From assembly GCA_951406725.2 (NCBI GenBank), contig OX597823.1, positions 20,398,001-20,462,000 of the forward strand: a stretch of DNA of 64,000 bases. The letters are read 5' to 3'. The notes below the pieces were generated by a model, which was not told where the DNA came from, did not search any database, and saw only the letters and a program-made list of their open reading frames with translations. Source of the DNA: Octopus vulgaris (lineage: Eukaryota). Of the stretch, positions 38,751-52,847 are shown piece after piece (position 1 is the first letter of the stretch; each line of letters starts with the position of its first letter). Both the position numbers and the translations under genes were made by a program.

Positions 38751-39445
38751 TAGGTAATAGGTAAAGGTTTTATGATGACAAGGGTTCTCATGATTTTGAA
38801 AAGAGTTAGTAAAAATTATCAGTTGCAAAAATCAATTGACAAGATATTAAAGTGTTCGAACCAACATAACATTCTATATTTTCCGGAGGGGCTTACTTCC
38901 TACAGGGTTCTTGTTAATTTAAATTGTATAAACACAAGCGTCTTTCACCTGTCCCTGGTGTTAAACAAATAAAATGATAAATAACTCGCAATGCTAAATG
39001 TAAAAAAACGATACCAGCAGTATAAACGGGAGCATCCCCCAAAACAACAACAACTTCGATATTAACAAGCGTAGCTAAAACATCGTAGTAGTAAATAAAA
39101 GACAAGGAAGAAACAACAAACTTTTGATAATTAGGCTATCAAATGAGGAATGAGAAAGAAAGATAAAGGGAGACAAAGTGAGAGAGAGAGAGAGAAAGGG
39201 GAGAAAGAAAGAGAGAATAGAGAGAGAATAAGATATCAAAAAAAAAAACAGAAAGGGTGAAAGGTGTTGTCGAAGAGGGGGTAGACGGACAATTAGAGGA
39301 ACCATAGCAACAGGAGAACACGTTTGAGAGAGTTCTTCTGCTAATGAAACTGTTGCCATGAGAACGGATTACTAAACAAGAAAATCCAATGTAAATGGGA
39401 GCTAACTAAATATATTAAAAAGGTAAAAAAAAATATGATAGAAAT

Positions 39446-39455
39446 GCTACTACTA

Positions 39456-39516
<61 letters not shown>

Positions 39517-39598
39517 CACTACTACTACTACTACTACCACCACTACTACTACTACTACTACTACCACTACTACTACTACTACCACTACCACTACCACT

Positions 39599-39656
<58 letters not shown>

Positions 39657-39678
39657 ATACTACAGTAATAATGATAAC

Positions 39679-39731
<53 letters not shown>

Positions 39732-39843
39732 TAATAATAATTATGATGAAGGTGATATGATGATGATGATGATAATGATGATGATGATGGTGATGATGAT
39801 AATGATGATGATGATGATGATGATGATGGTTATGATGATGATA
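39446..39843. repeat. (CTA)n-(TAA)n-(TGA)n compound microsatellite
   Basis: Seen directly. Confidence 0.95.
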
Positions 39844-40222
39844 AAGAGAATCGTAAATGTAAACCTAATGGAAACGTTAATTGCTCGGAGGGCAACCCTA
39901 CAAAAATGAAAACATTGGATTATAATTATAATCGGTCCAATTGGAAATGGAGAAGAAAAACTGCGAATACATACGTATATGGGTTCGGTAATAGTGTCTA
40001 CATTACATACATGCATATATGTATACAAACACTGTAATAAACATGCCTACGCACCACACGTACTACACGCACACGCACACACACATACACACTCACAAAT
40101 GTACGCATGCGCTCACTACAAACACACGCATATTTCCGTCGTAACGATTTTTTAATAAACAAAGCTCCACAGGCGTCGTAATAATAATAATAATGATGAT
40201 GATGATGATAATAATAATAATA

Positions 40223-40259
<37 letters not shown>

Positions 40260-40741
40260 CGATAGCGATGATGGTGGTGATGATGATGATGATGATGATG
40301 GCAATAATAATAAGAATGCAATTCATTTATTTATTTGCTGCATACGCGATAAATATGCAGTTATCATTTTACTGTACTTTAGAACTTAATTAGGCACAGC
40401 CAAGTTACACTGGGGCGTAGAGATACGAAACCAACATACATACACACACACACACACACCAACACACGCACCAACACACACACAGCACGCACTTGTCCCA
40501 TATACACCTTTACGCTCTCGCAAAGGTACAGGTGGTGAGAAATAGCAGTCCTTGTTGAAAAGTTGTGTTAGTTGCCATGTTTTTCCAAATATTTTGCCGT
40601 ATATAATTCTTTTCTCTTCATCGTTTTTGATTTGTTGAATTTTCAGATATTTCGTTTTAACAGGGAATCTGTCCATCGGTTTCTAAAATATCGACGTTTC
40701 AATTGTTCAAATTCTATTATCAATATTTGGATTAACATTAT

Positions 40742-41340
40742 GGCGGTGAGCTGGCAGAAACGTTAGCACGCCGGGCAAAATATTTAGCAGTATTTCGTGT
40801 CTTTACATTCTGTGTTCAAATACGGCAGAGGTCGACTTTGCCTTTCATCCTTTCTGGGTCGATAAATTAAGTACCAGTTACGCACTGGGGTCGATCTAAT
40901 CGACTTAATCCCTTTGTCCTTGTTTGTCCCGTCTATGTTTACCCTCCTGTGGGCAATAAAGAAATGCGTAGCCGGGCGAAATGCGTAGCCGTATTTCGTC
41001 TGCCGTTACATTCTGAGTTCAAGTTCCGCCGAGGTCAACTTTGCCTTTCATCCTTTCGAGGTCGATTAAATGACTACCAGTTACGCATTGGGGTCGATAT
41101 AATCGACTTAATCTGTGTGTATGTCCTTGTTTGTCCTCTCTGTGTAGCCCCTAGTGGGTAGTAAAGAAATAGGTATTTCGTCTGTCTTAACGTTCTGAGT
41201 TCAAATTCCCCCGAGGTCGACTTTGCCTTTCCTCCTTTCGGGGTCGATAAATTAAGTACCAGTTACGTACTGGGATCGATCTAATAGACTGGACCCCTCT
41301 CCAAAAATTTCAGGCCTCGTGACTAGAGTAGAAAAGAATA
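40742..41340 (+). mobile_element. three head-to-tail SINE family C units
   Basis: One full head (ggcggtgagctggcagaaacgttag), then units restarting at ~40970 and ~41172. Confidence 0.88.
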
Positions 41341-41484
41341 ACAAATGTATCCATTTACCCTGATATCTTTTCCTTTTTGTTAATGAAGATAGGACATTTC
41401 CTAATTACGTTCGGTTCCACATTCTCCAAGAATGTGAATTCTCTTAGACAACTCCTATACAAAATCCAACTTATATCTTCTATC

Positions 41485-41622
41485 TTTTATATGTTTCAGT
41501 CAATTGGCTGTGACCGTGCTGGGGTACCGCCTTGGAATTTCAGTCGAAGAATTTATCGACCCCACTACTTTTAAGCCTGTACGTACTCTTTTATATATAT
41601 ATATATAGACAGATATTTATAA

Positions 41623-41664
<42 letters not shown>

Positions 41665-41726
41665 GTATTTATGTATATGTGTTGTGTGTGTATATATATA
41701 TATGTATATATATGTATTTATATATG

Positions 41727-41791
<65 letters not shown>

Positions 41792-41997
41792 CTAAATGAC
41801 ATTTGGGTAAAATGTTGTAGTAGGCGATTTTGTAGCAATGCGGTAAGAAGCTTGCTTCCCAACGACAAGTTTCCGAGTTTTGTTCGACCCGAAGCTATAG
41901 TTGAAGACATTTTCCCAAGGTGCCACGCAGTGGGACTGAACTCGGAGCCATGTGGCTGAGAAGTAAGCTTCTGACCACACAGTCACGCCTGCGCCTA
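41485..41997 (-). mobile_element. old SINE family A-related copy with expanded internal microsatellite
   Basis: Head at 41840-41997 and diverged tail at 41485-41590 lie in the same orientation. Confidence 0.7.
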
Positions 41998-43263
41998 TAT
42001 ACTATATTTTAATAGTATCTTTGTTCTTGTATTGCGGAGATCAGATATAACCACTCAAATTTGCATTACTATTTATTGCGGAAACCTTACGTTGAAGAAT
42101 GCCATGTTTAAAAATATATTTCGTTGAATTGTGTCAATTTTATGTTTAGATGGATATTAAACATCGTTACTGGAGTAACCATGAAATTAACATAAAAGTG
42201 CATTTTGAAGCTTCGCCCATCAATATGGCTGACATAACATTCCACTTGAGCAAAGAGTTATATCTCCAAACATTTCCGATAAGCACTCTCTACCGTTTTC
42301 TTTATCACTTCTCTATGGATCAGAGAAGTATTTAATGGAAACAAACTCATCTTTAAACGACTAACCAATACTTAAAAGCTTGTATATTGCCCGATGATGT
42401 AAACCTCTCCTGTCTTGAGTTACATTCGCTCAAAGGAAAATTAAGCAGATACTTCCATACCTACAGCTACTATATGTCATTGTAGGCGTCTTGTTTATAT
42501 AGAATTAAGTATGTGATACCAGAAAATCACTGCTCTTCAGATTTTGGTCGAAATCCTTCTCTGAGCCCTTACACTTGAAATACATTTCTAAGGCTGTTGT
42601 ACAGATGTAAGCAAGAAATAAAGCATTTATACTCAAAATAGACTTTTATATTCTAATTTAATTTGATTCAATCACTATATCTGTCATCATATATGTGACA
42701 ATCGAATGAGAGAGAGCCTGACATAGTCGCCTATCCTGCTACAAATAACAGCCAAATAACCGCTTAGATCATGCCCGTCATTCTTTAAAAAAATAAAGCC
42801 GCAAAAGGCAAAATATTAATTGAGAACATAGTCCTACATCTACGTATAAACGTGCATATTGGTCTCCATTGGAATGTCTTTGATCAAAGATCAATCGAAA
42901 ATTGGATATTCATGGGAATATAGATAAGAAATATTGAATTCAGATAAATGGAAATAGATTAAATTCTGGAAAAAATACCGAAAAGAATATATTCTCACCA
43001 CTTTTTATTGAGTGAGTCTGGTCTCTGAGGTAAGCGATTCTGAAGATGGTAAGTAAAAGGCTTCTATTGAACGGCATGATTTAGCGATTCACGCCAAGAC
43101 AGATAAAAAAATAGATAGAAGTTTACCAAGAATTTTGTTAATTACCTGGGGATGAAGAAAGTGCAGTAAAGTTTGTTGAGGAATTATGTATGTATGTATG
43201 TATGTATGTATGCATCTATGCATGTATATATGCTTGTGCATACATTGCATATATATATATATA

Positions 43264-43656
43264 CTAGCAGTATCGCCCGGCGTTGCTCGGGTTTGTAAGG
43301 GAAATAACTATATAAGCATTTTTAGAGAGTTATAGCCAAAAATAGCAAAAAATGCATTAAAAATGGAAAAAAAATGATGGTAAATTTTTTTAAAAATCGT
43401 TGACTCATCGTAGACATGTTTAGAAAGTTACTTCCTTTATATAATAGCGAAAAAATGCATTAAACTGGAAAAAAATGATGGTAAATTTTCTTTTAAATCG
43501 TAGATTCATCGTAGACACGCGCTAATACCCAGAAGGGCTCGATATGAATCACGACTATAAGATACCCGGTTTTGGTTAAACTGCACCGCAAAATGTGGGA
43601 GTAGTTAGGAATCTAAATCGTAGGAGACAGACACACAACTTCACTTTTATATATAA

Positions 43657-43659
<3 letters not shown>
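43264..43659 (-). mobile_element. non-autonomous Helitron family N1
   Basis: Same as 17170-17565. Confidence 0.9.
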
Positions 43660-43705
<46 letters not shown>

Positions 43706-43706
43706 C

Positions 43707-43779
<73 letters not shown>

Positions 43780-44068
43780 AGGCCTCTCTCATGAGTGCTA
43801 CTGGTATCATAGAATCCAGTAGAACCTATTGTATGGTAGGATCATCGGCGACTATGCCAGCACCGCCCTTAGGCTTACCTGGTGAGGATTGCTAGAAAAA
43901 TAGCAGGATTAAAATCAAGACATGTCAAATTCGGATGATTCTAATGCAGGCTGAACAACTATCCAGCAATAGCATGGGCCCTCAGGAACTCCGGGTTGGT
44001 ATCCGGCGTGCAGGAAGCTACCCGGAGTGAGGTACCCCTTACCGTTTGCTTTCTGTACTCTCTCTCTG

Positions 44069-44127
<59 letters not shown>

Positions 44128-44395
44128 ATAAAAACGGTAAGACAACAAAAGAAAGAAAGAGACCTCGATATTATGTAAATAGAGGAATTTACCTGTAAAT
44201 GTAATATGTGACAATTATTCGGCAGCCATGATGAAACTCCGACTTTCGGATGCCGAGGTGGAAATCCACGCCGCCACCTCTTCAGTTATTCGGCCATCGG
44301 AAAAATGCCATTTTTTTCGTGGATTTCCACCTCGGCATCTGAAACTCGGAGTTTTATCATGGCTACCGAATAATTATCACATATTACATTCACAG
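44128..44395 (-). mobile_element. Penelope-like pseudo-LTR fragment with inverted duplication and hammerhead-like motif
   Basis: Arms 44193-44270 and 44318-44395 are inverted; minus strand ggccgaataa CTGAAGA gg...cc GAAA gtcggagtttc atcatggct; partial copy at 992-1072. Confidence 0.6.
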
Positions 44396-44398
44396 ATA

Positions 44399-44484
<86 letters not shown>

Positions 44485-44504
44485 CTCTCTCTCTCTCTCT
44501 CTCT

Positions 44505-44547
<43 letters not shown>

Positions 44548-44818
44548 GTTTGTTCCTTCTCGAGCCACGCCTGGCACATAAGGGCCGATTTCCTGGTTTC
44601 CTTGGCGAATAGGTTCCCCACTTGGACGGGACGCCGGTCCGTCGCAGGTGAGCTGCAAGATGCAGGAGGAAAGATTGAGAGAAGGTTGTGGCGAAAGAGT
44701 CAGCAGAAGTTCGCCATTACCTTCTGGCGGAGCCGCGTGGAGCTTAGGTGTTTTGCTCATAAACACACACATCGCCCGGTCTGAGATTCGAACCCGCGAT
44801 CCCTCGACTACGAGTCCG

Positions 44819-44820
<2 letters not shown>
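44548..44820 (-). mobile_element. chimeric SINE: family B-like head and body with family D-like tail
   Basis: gcggactcg...ggttcgaatctcagaccgggcg...acacctaagctccacg (B-like), then cctgcgacggaccggcgtcc...ggaaaccagg (as at 23232-23295). Confidence 0.8.
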
Positions 44821-44864
<44 letters not shown>

Positions 44865-44867
<3 letters not shown>

Positions 44868-45105
44868 CATCGAGAGTCACACAAATTCCGAACCGGGCGC
44901 CACTGCGTGGTACCAATGACTCCAAATTTGCCATCAAGATGTAGGACAAGATACTGTGATAGCCTGGGCTTTAGAGGCCCACAGCTCTTCAATATCCTCC
45001 CGAAGAACCTGAGGGACCTGCATGGTGTAGATGCAGATGTCTTTAAAGTAGGACTGGATCTCTTCCTGTCAGGTGTCCCGGATGAACCAACTTCCTGGAG
45101 GGAGA
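44865..45105 (+). mobile_element. LINE C-terminal fragment (CR1/L2-group-like)
   Basis: RTGRHCVVP...SLGFRGPQLFNILPKNLRDL...FKVGLDLFLSGVPDEP. Confidence 0.75.
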
Positions 45106-45820
45106 ACAAATTTTTTTGATAAATCTACTGCTCGTTGAATAAAGGAAACAGGAGAAAATCGCCGTGGTAGTTTCATATTCAAGTATTGCTGTCATTCTAC
45201 TGTGTGGAGGAAGCTAAAACCCATGATACCAGTGAACATTACCAACGACGACACAGAAAACAGTAACATTAGTAAAGGAACAGAAATAGCTGATGAGCTA
45301 GAAGAGTGTTTCTATGTTTTAGAACGTTGCTTTTGAGACTTTTATGAGAGGAATATTAGAGGAACAAAGTCTCTTTCCGGTGAAGTAACAACGCACCAAT
45401 CAGGAGACTTTCACCAAGTAATTCTAGTGGTGCAAAGAGTGACAAGACTTGGTCAAGCCAGAAGCTGCTGGAAATCGTAAAATTTGTGGAGACATGTTAA
45501 ACAAGAATCAAATATGAGATCTTGACAGCTTTTAAAAACTTCTATGATTAGATTATCCAATGTGTCTGTTATGTCGCACGTTCAGATGCTTTCTACTCAA
45601 CTCTCACCGCTATTCTGCTACTCTCTTGCTACTCTCCTCTGTTCTACCGACGTCTAGGCTTCTCCCTCTATATCTACGTATTGGCTAGCCTACTTCATCG
45701 TCTGGGGGCGTCCACACAACAGCGTCCCCTCTTTAATCGGTAGAATGTTAACTGAGAAAAAAGTTGACTGCTCAAGCAGGTCGAACAATTGCGTTGAGGT
45801 ACACATGATGGTTCGAAAGA

Positions 45821-46152
45821 GTTAAGTTAAGTTAAGTTAATTTTTTTGGCTCAAAAAGCAAAAAGCAAGGCCATGTAGGGAGACATGGAGTTACGTACAG
45901 GGAGGGTGTTCATGCAAAGAGTTCAGGCCATTTCTGGTCAAGAGAGACTTTGAACCGAGCGGTCGTCGGCATCTTCACTATCTCGTCCGGCAGCTTATTC
46001 CACGGATCCGTAACCCGGACGGAGAAAGCCCCTCTCCTTCGATTGAGATGAAATCGTCGCAGATAGAGCTTTTCTGAGTGACCCCGCAGCCTACGCTCTG
46101 GAGCAGGAGTGAAGAATAGCTCTTTCGAGAGGTTACACTTTCCGCTTAGCAT
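45821..46152 (-). mobile_element. CR1-clade LINE 3' end with (AACTT)n tail
   Basis: RLRGHSEKL...RRGAFSVRVTDPWNKLP; tandem pentamer tail at 45821-45840. Confidence 0.88.
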
Positions 46153-46229
46153 TGTATTTTCGGCAGAAAAAGAAAAAGAATAATAGTTTGGGAGTTAGAG
46201 GGGTCAACCGTCAGCACCAACAAACAGTT

Positions 46230-47693
46230 ATAATAATAATAATAATAATAATAATAATTGTGTACAGTGCTCAGGTGCACTACAACTCATCTAAAGTGTA
46301 TATATAATCAGGTGTAGTTTCGGCGGATTTCGGAAAGCATGAGGGCCTTAAAAGATGCAGTGTCATGGCAGTCAACAACTGACGCAGGCAGTTTATTCCA
46401 TGCTTCAGCAACTCTGAGCGTGAAAAAATGTTTCCGAAAGTCATGGGAGCTGTATTGTTTTCTGACTTTGTAGGCATGTCCACGTGTGTTAGACACATGG
46501 AGATCAAAAAGGTGTTCAGTGTTGTTGTTGGTGAGGTGGTTGATAACTTTGTGGGTGTTTACCAAGTCCGTCGCCAAACGCCGGAGCTTCAGTGAATCCA
46601 TGCCCAGGGAAACAAGGCGCTCAGAATATGGTAGGTGTCTGATGGAGGGTATGCGTTTGGTTGCACGTCTCTGGACAGATTCCAGGAGGTCAATGTTCTG
46701 TGCCAGATAGGGGTTCCAAACTGATGATGCGAATTCCAAGTGTGGTCGTACCATAGCTGTATACAGTTTTAAATAGATGGCTGGAGAGCGGCTAACAAAA
46801 GACCTGCTGAGTGATGCCAAGACACCCTCGGCCTTCCTGACAATCTTAGAGATATGCTTTGACCAACGCAAATCACTGCTGACAGTGATGCCTAGGTCAC
46901 GCTCACAAGAGGATTTCTTGATATCAGTGTTGTGGAGGGAGTATGTGAACGCAGGGTTTTTTCTCCCAAAATGCATGGTGGTACACTTGTCCACAGCCAG
47001 TTTCAGTTGCCAGTCTGTGATCCATTGCTGCATTGTGTCTAGGTCTGATTGCAGGAAAGAGTTGTAGACATCAGGATCTGTCCTCTTGATTTCAAGGTAC
47101 AGCTTGATGTCGTCTGCATATTTCAATACTGTGGCATTCTTTAAATTGGCATCTATGTCGTTAATGTATGCCACAAACAAGAGGGGACCAAGGACAGATC
47201 CCTGTGGTACACCCGATGACATCTCATATGGTGTAGAGTGCTGTCCTAGAACTGTGACTACCTCCTTTCGGCTGAGGATGAAGGATTTCAACCAGTTAAA
47301 AAGGTCATCCCCCACACCCATTGCAGAGAGTTTCACCATAAGCCTTTTGTGTGGCACAGAGTTGAAAGCCTTAGCAAAGTCAAGGTAGACAACATCCACC
47401 CATGAGCCACTGTCAGTAATCTGAGTAATGTCCTCAAGGAACTCGACAAGCTGGTCACTGCAGCTGGAGTTAGGGACAAATCCATATTGTGAGGGTCGGA
47501 TGAGACTGTGAGAGCTCCAGAAGTTCCAGAGTGTTTCTCTGACACACGATTCCATCAGTTTTGCAATACAGCTAGTGAGACTGACTGGGCGATAGTTGAC
47601 AGGTGATGTGCGGTCGCCCTTTTTGAACAGAGGAATGACACTGGCAGTTTTCCACTGCTCCGGAGTAGCACCATTGTTGAGACAGTACTGGAA
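46230..47693 (-). mobile_element. 5'-truncated CR1-clade LINE with (ATT)n tail
   Basis: Open RT frame, short 3' UTR and trinucleotide tail at 46230-46258; the endonuclease domain is absent. Confidence 0.93.
46308..47693 (-). CDS. non-LTR reverse transcriptase ORF2 fragment, uninterrupted (~460 aa)
   Basis: WKTASVIPLFKKG..NYRPVSLTS (in frame upstream of the listed ATG), QYGF, YLDFAKAF, SGVPQGSVLGPLLF, YADD, RDLGI, TRGHAYK, WNKLP. Confidence 0.9.
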   Translation of the reverse strand, partial: FQYCLNNGATPEQWKTASVIPLFKKGDRTSPVNYRPVSLTSCIAKLMESCVRETLWNFWSSHSLIRPSQYGFVPNSSCSDQLVEFLEDITQITDSGSWVDVVYLDFAKAFNSVPHKRLMVKLSAMGVGDDLFNWLKSFILSRKEVVTVLGQHSTPYEMSSGVPQGSVLGPLLFVAYINDIDANLKNATVLKYADDIKLYLEIKRTDPDVYNSFLQSDLDTMQQWITDWQLKLAVDKCTTMHFGRKNPAFTYSLHNTDIKKSSCERDLGITVSSDLRWSKHISKIVRKAEGVLASLSRSFVSRSPAIYLKLYTAMVRPHLEFASSVWNPYLAQNIDLLESVQRRATKRIPSIRHLPYSERLVSLGMDSLKLRRLATDLVNTHKVINHLTNNNTEHLFDLHVSNTRGHAYKVRKQYSSHDFRKHFFTLRVAEAWNKLPASVVDCHDTASFKALMLSEIRRNYT

Positions 47694-48439
47694 GTTGCGC
47701 CATATTCATGATGAGACTTTATTAAAAAGTCTCAACTGAAAAACGTCAATCCGCTCTCCTTGTGTATGGAAAACTAACGTCGCTTGTGTACCTGGTTAAC
47801 TTTCCTTATACACAGCAAACTAGCTTATTTCAAATAGGTTCAATCTAATCAAACAGAAAACATCTCCCACCAGTGAATAGACCAAGTCGAAATGTTTATC
47901 TTTTCCCTTTCACACGGCAAACAAATTTATTCCACTTTTGAACTGGTTATAATCCATAATTATCGATGCAGACCATCACGAGTTTCCTCAAGTATTATTA
48001 TTTAATTTAATTTATTCCTTGCTTTGGATGTCTTATCTTTTTCTGTTTGTTTAATTAGTGCAGAAACATCTCCTCGCTAGTTTGCTCAGATACTACTGTT
48101 TCTCATTGTCTTGCCGTATAACTTTGAAACCGGCGACCGTTTCGGCTCCGCTCATTAGTATACATCATCACTCATCATGCATAATTCATCAAACTCTTTG
48201 GCGTTCTGACAAATACAGTAGCTCCTCATCTTTTGACATTGTCTCAAGTACCACACAAGTGTGTTTTACTCGGCACCACTCACCAAATCTCACTTCTGGG
48301 TTACAAATCACCATGATCATCATCATCATCATCATCGTCGTTACCGTCGTTGTCGTTGTCATGATTATTATTATCATTATTATTATTATTACTATTGTTG
48401 CTGTTGTTGATGTTGTTGCTGTTGTTGTTGTTTCCAAGT

Positions 48440-48652
48440 CGGTGAGCTGGCCGAATCATTAACCCGCTGGATCAAATCCATAGCAGCAGCGTTGCTTCCG
48501 GTTTTACATTCTAAGTTCAAATTCCGCCAAAGCCTAATTTGCCTTTCACCCTTTCTGGGACGATAAAAGAAGCACCGGTTGAGCCTTTGAGTGGGTATAA
48601 CCGACTGACTTCTCGCCACAAGCTTAAGAACTTGGCCTCTAGTAGGAAAAAA
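48440..48652 (+). mobile_element. decayed SINE family C
   Basis: cggtgagctggccgaatcatt...aagttcaaattccgcc; a near-duplicate head with the same flank occurs at ~49270-49330. Confidence 0.75.
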
Positions 48653-48664
48653 TATTATTATTAT

Positions 48665-49232
<568 letters not shown>

Positions 49233-49494
49233 GTTATTGTTACTGTTGCTGCTGCTGTTGTTGTTATGATTGTTGTTTCCAACTCGGCGAGCTGGCTGAA
49301 TGGTTTGCCCGCTGGATCAAATCCTTAGCAGCATTCTAGTATTCCTCGTAGCTGTTACACCCAACAGAAAACACGATTTTCTGGATAGAAATAGCAGTCA
49401 CATTGTTTTTGAAATCAAATCACATACTTTAGTCTTTAAAAGAGTAAAGTCACCTTGGTTCATTCGAGCCCGGATATACTGAGAATTAAAAGAA

Positions 49495-49596
<102 letters not shown>

Positions 49597-50186
49597 GGGC
49601 TTGTCGCTACAGATTTATATTTGGATATGGGTTTGCAAGATGAAGGCGGAACTACAACTAAGCAACCACAGTAAATTGTGTATAAGACTTGTTTTGTCAA
49701 GTTTCTGACATTCCCCATCAATAATTGTTCATCCTGTTACGTATATTAGAACAAACAACCAGAAATATTTTGGAAAATTTATCGACTGGAAAGGATTTGT
49801 TTATCAATCAATAATTTCCTATTTGTGTGTGTTTACTTTCGTGTATGTATGTATGTATGTATGTATGTTTGTTTGTATGTATGTTTGTATGTATGTATGT
49901 ATGTATGTATGTATGGATGGATGGATGGATGGATGGTTGGATGGATGGATGTGACGTGTATAATGAATGGTGGGTGTAATTCTGTCTACTGATGTAAATT
50001 ACCAGATCGTTAAGCTCAAAGTAATTCGGCATTTTAAAATAAAACCAGTTAAGTTTTATACCGAACAACATACTATGATATATGTGGATATGTGTATTCA
50101 CGTACATAAAGAGTATAATTCATTCAGACATACATTCATGCATTCATACTAATGTATACATAACATACATACATTATACATATACA

Positions 50187-50567
50187 TAGGCGCAGGAGTG
50201 GCTGTGTGGTAAGTAGCTTGTCTACCACTGCGTGGCACCTTGGGCAAGTGTCTTCTACTATAGCCTCGGGCCGACCAATGCCTTGTGAGTGGATTTGGTA
50301 GACGGAAACTGAAAGAAGCCCGTCGTATATATGTATATATGTATAAATATGCGTGTTTGTGTGTCTGTGTTTGTCCCCTAGCATTGCTTGACAACCGATG
50401 CTGGTGTGTTTATGTCCCCGTTACTTAGCGGTTCGGCAAAAGAGACCGATAGAATAAGTACTGGGCTTACAAAAGAATAAGTCCCGGGGTCGAATTGCTC
50501 GATTAAAGGCGGTGCTCCAGCATGGCCGCTGTCAAATGTTTGAAACGAGTAAAAGAGTAAAAGAGTA
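50187..50567 (+). mobile_element. SINE family A with B-box deletion
   Basis: The head jumps from gcttgtctacca to ctgcgtggcacc; the rest is intact. Confidence 0.9.
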
Positions 50568-51588
50568 ATACATATATGCATACGTACAAACACATATAGG
50601 TGTGTGTGTGTGCGTGTGTGTGCATGTAAGTGTGTGTGTGTGTGCATGTAAGTGCGTGTGTGTGCATTATGTATGTATGCATACATCATGAAAGATAAAA
50701 GAAATGTAGCAATGAAGATCAAAAATTATCGTATGAATATCTTGTCTTTTAATTTAAAGTACAAAGGATATGGCTTACATAGGAACCAGGTTTCCTTTCG
50801 AAGACATTAACATATTCGTCCCTTACCGTAAACAGACTTTGAGTGTCTGCAGATGTGATCTCGACTAAGCCTTTCAAGCACTGTTTTATATATATATATA
50901 TATATATATTGCTTCATATTTCAGTTGTGAACAAAACCTATGAAATATAAAACAGTTTCAGATTTGTTGTTTGGTTTACATGCGATCAAATTGTATATAT
51001 TGATGTTTTGTTATGATATTTATCTTCGACCTCCTCGCATTCAAGTTGCACTAATGTTTTTCGGATTATATTCAACAATGAAACAATGCTAGCTGTAGAA
51101 TTGTGTCATATGACTTCATGAATAACAGGGAATTTGAATGAATTTACTTTCTGCTATATTAAATACGAGGTATGACCGGAATTCTACTGAGCACTAACCA
51201 TTGGGTTCATTGAAAGACAGAGAAACGTAGTTAGCATTTCACGAGTCACAATCTGTCAGGATATTAAACCGGCAACAAATTAATAATATCCGAAATGAAA
51301 ATTGACATTAGGATAGAATTAAACAAATATAAAAGTTTAGCAATTCGAAATTCTAAATACTATATAACAAAAAAACAACTGATGAACACCTGGAATTAAA
51401 ATTCACATTCTTGGATTATATATAAACTAAAATATAATATCAATTCGTTTATATTATCAAGATATATCCATCTTGGTAGAACGTCACCCAGTCATCGTTT
51501 TTAAGCTCCCACGCCACACTGTGTACAGTCACAGACGTCTATCTTCTAGCTTCTCTGATGTGGACTAAGATGAAACATGTCGAGAGTT

Positions 51589-51771
51589 CAGTTCTATATT
51601 TAGGAGATGAGGAATTATGTACATTATTTACAATATTTACATTTTGACAGGATTTTGTCCTCATCTTGTTTGTTGTTAACACAACGTTTCAGCTGATATA
51701 CCCTCCAGCCTTCATCAGGTGTCTTGGGGAAATTTCGAAACTGGGTTCTCATTTCTGAGGTATTTTTCAAT
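51589..51771 (-). mobile_element. hammerhead-bearing repeat family H1
   Basis: Same sequence as 24485-24625 and 54290-54448; preceded on its own strand by a long (AAT)n. Confidence 0.88.
51678..51723 (-). ncRNA. minimal type I hammerhead ribozyme motif, intact core
   Basis: Minus strand: gacac CTGATGA a ggctg-gagggtatat-cagct GAAA C GT T gtgtt. Stem I gacac/gtgtt, 5-bp stem II, palindromic ACGU stem III. Confidence 0.75.
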
Positions 51772-51784
51772 GTTGTTGTTGTTA

Positions 51785-51964
<180 letters not shown>

Positions 51965-51976
51965 TTATTATTGTTA

Positions 51977-52044
<68 letters not shown>

Positions 52045-52057
52045 GCTATTATTATTA

Positions 52058-52122
<65 letters not shown>

Positions 52123-52565
52123 GAGTGAGAGAGCAGTGTATGCCATCAAAGTGACACTGGGATAAAATATACGAAGCCCAGTATACACATCATGACTACT
52201 CGTCGGATAAGGGTACACTAGGCACACGCACCACAACCATATGTGCGCGACATAGTGACCTCATATTAAGTTAAACAGCACATGACCTTGCAGGTGGGGC
52301 CCAGTTAGAATTTTCTTCTGGTCGAGTAACCCATCCGGCTTAAAAGGTCCCTGAATAAGGTTTGTTTAAGGATGTTGAAAGAATCACCCATGTTTCCAGA
52401 GGTGAATTATTCAAACCCCAAAGAATCCTTCTCAAAACATGGCTATGATGCTCTCCCACTACTTCTGCTCGTGATCAGAGATGCACACACCGTCAGCTAC
52501 TAAGGACATGCTCAACTGGTTACGGTCAAACAACTGACAAGCAAATCTGTGGTATTGAGCAGAAA
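52123..52565 (-). mobile_element. non-coding element X, 5'-truncated, embedded in (TAA)n
   Basis: Reverse complement of about 53772-54214; (ATT)n on both flanks. Confidence 0.85.
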
Positions 52566-52580
52566 TTATTATCATCATCA

Positions 52581-52648
<68 letters not shown>

Positions 52649-52678
52649 TTATTATTATTATTATTAATATTATTATTA

Positions 52679-52755
<77 letters not shown>

Positions 52756-52758
<3 letters not shown>

Positions 52759-52847
52759 GAAATTTCCACAAGGCTGGAGGGTATGTCAGCTGAAACGTTG
52801 TGTTAGCAACAAAGAGATGAGGACAAATATCCGTCGAATGTAAATAA
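52756..52847 (+). mobile_element. family H1 fragment lacking the CTGATGA core
   Basis: ttcgaaatttccacaaggctggagggtatgtcagctgaaacgttgtgttagc. Confidence 0.8.

Noticed and set aside
45222-45340. Short ORF MIPVNITNDD... containing ctgatga
   Set aside because: Under 40 codons, and no GAAA or stem III for a ribozyme.
46486-47388. Plus-strand ORFs over the RT
   Set aside because: Antisense shadows of the CR1 reading frame.
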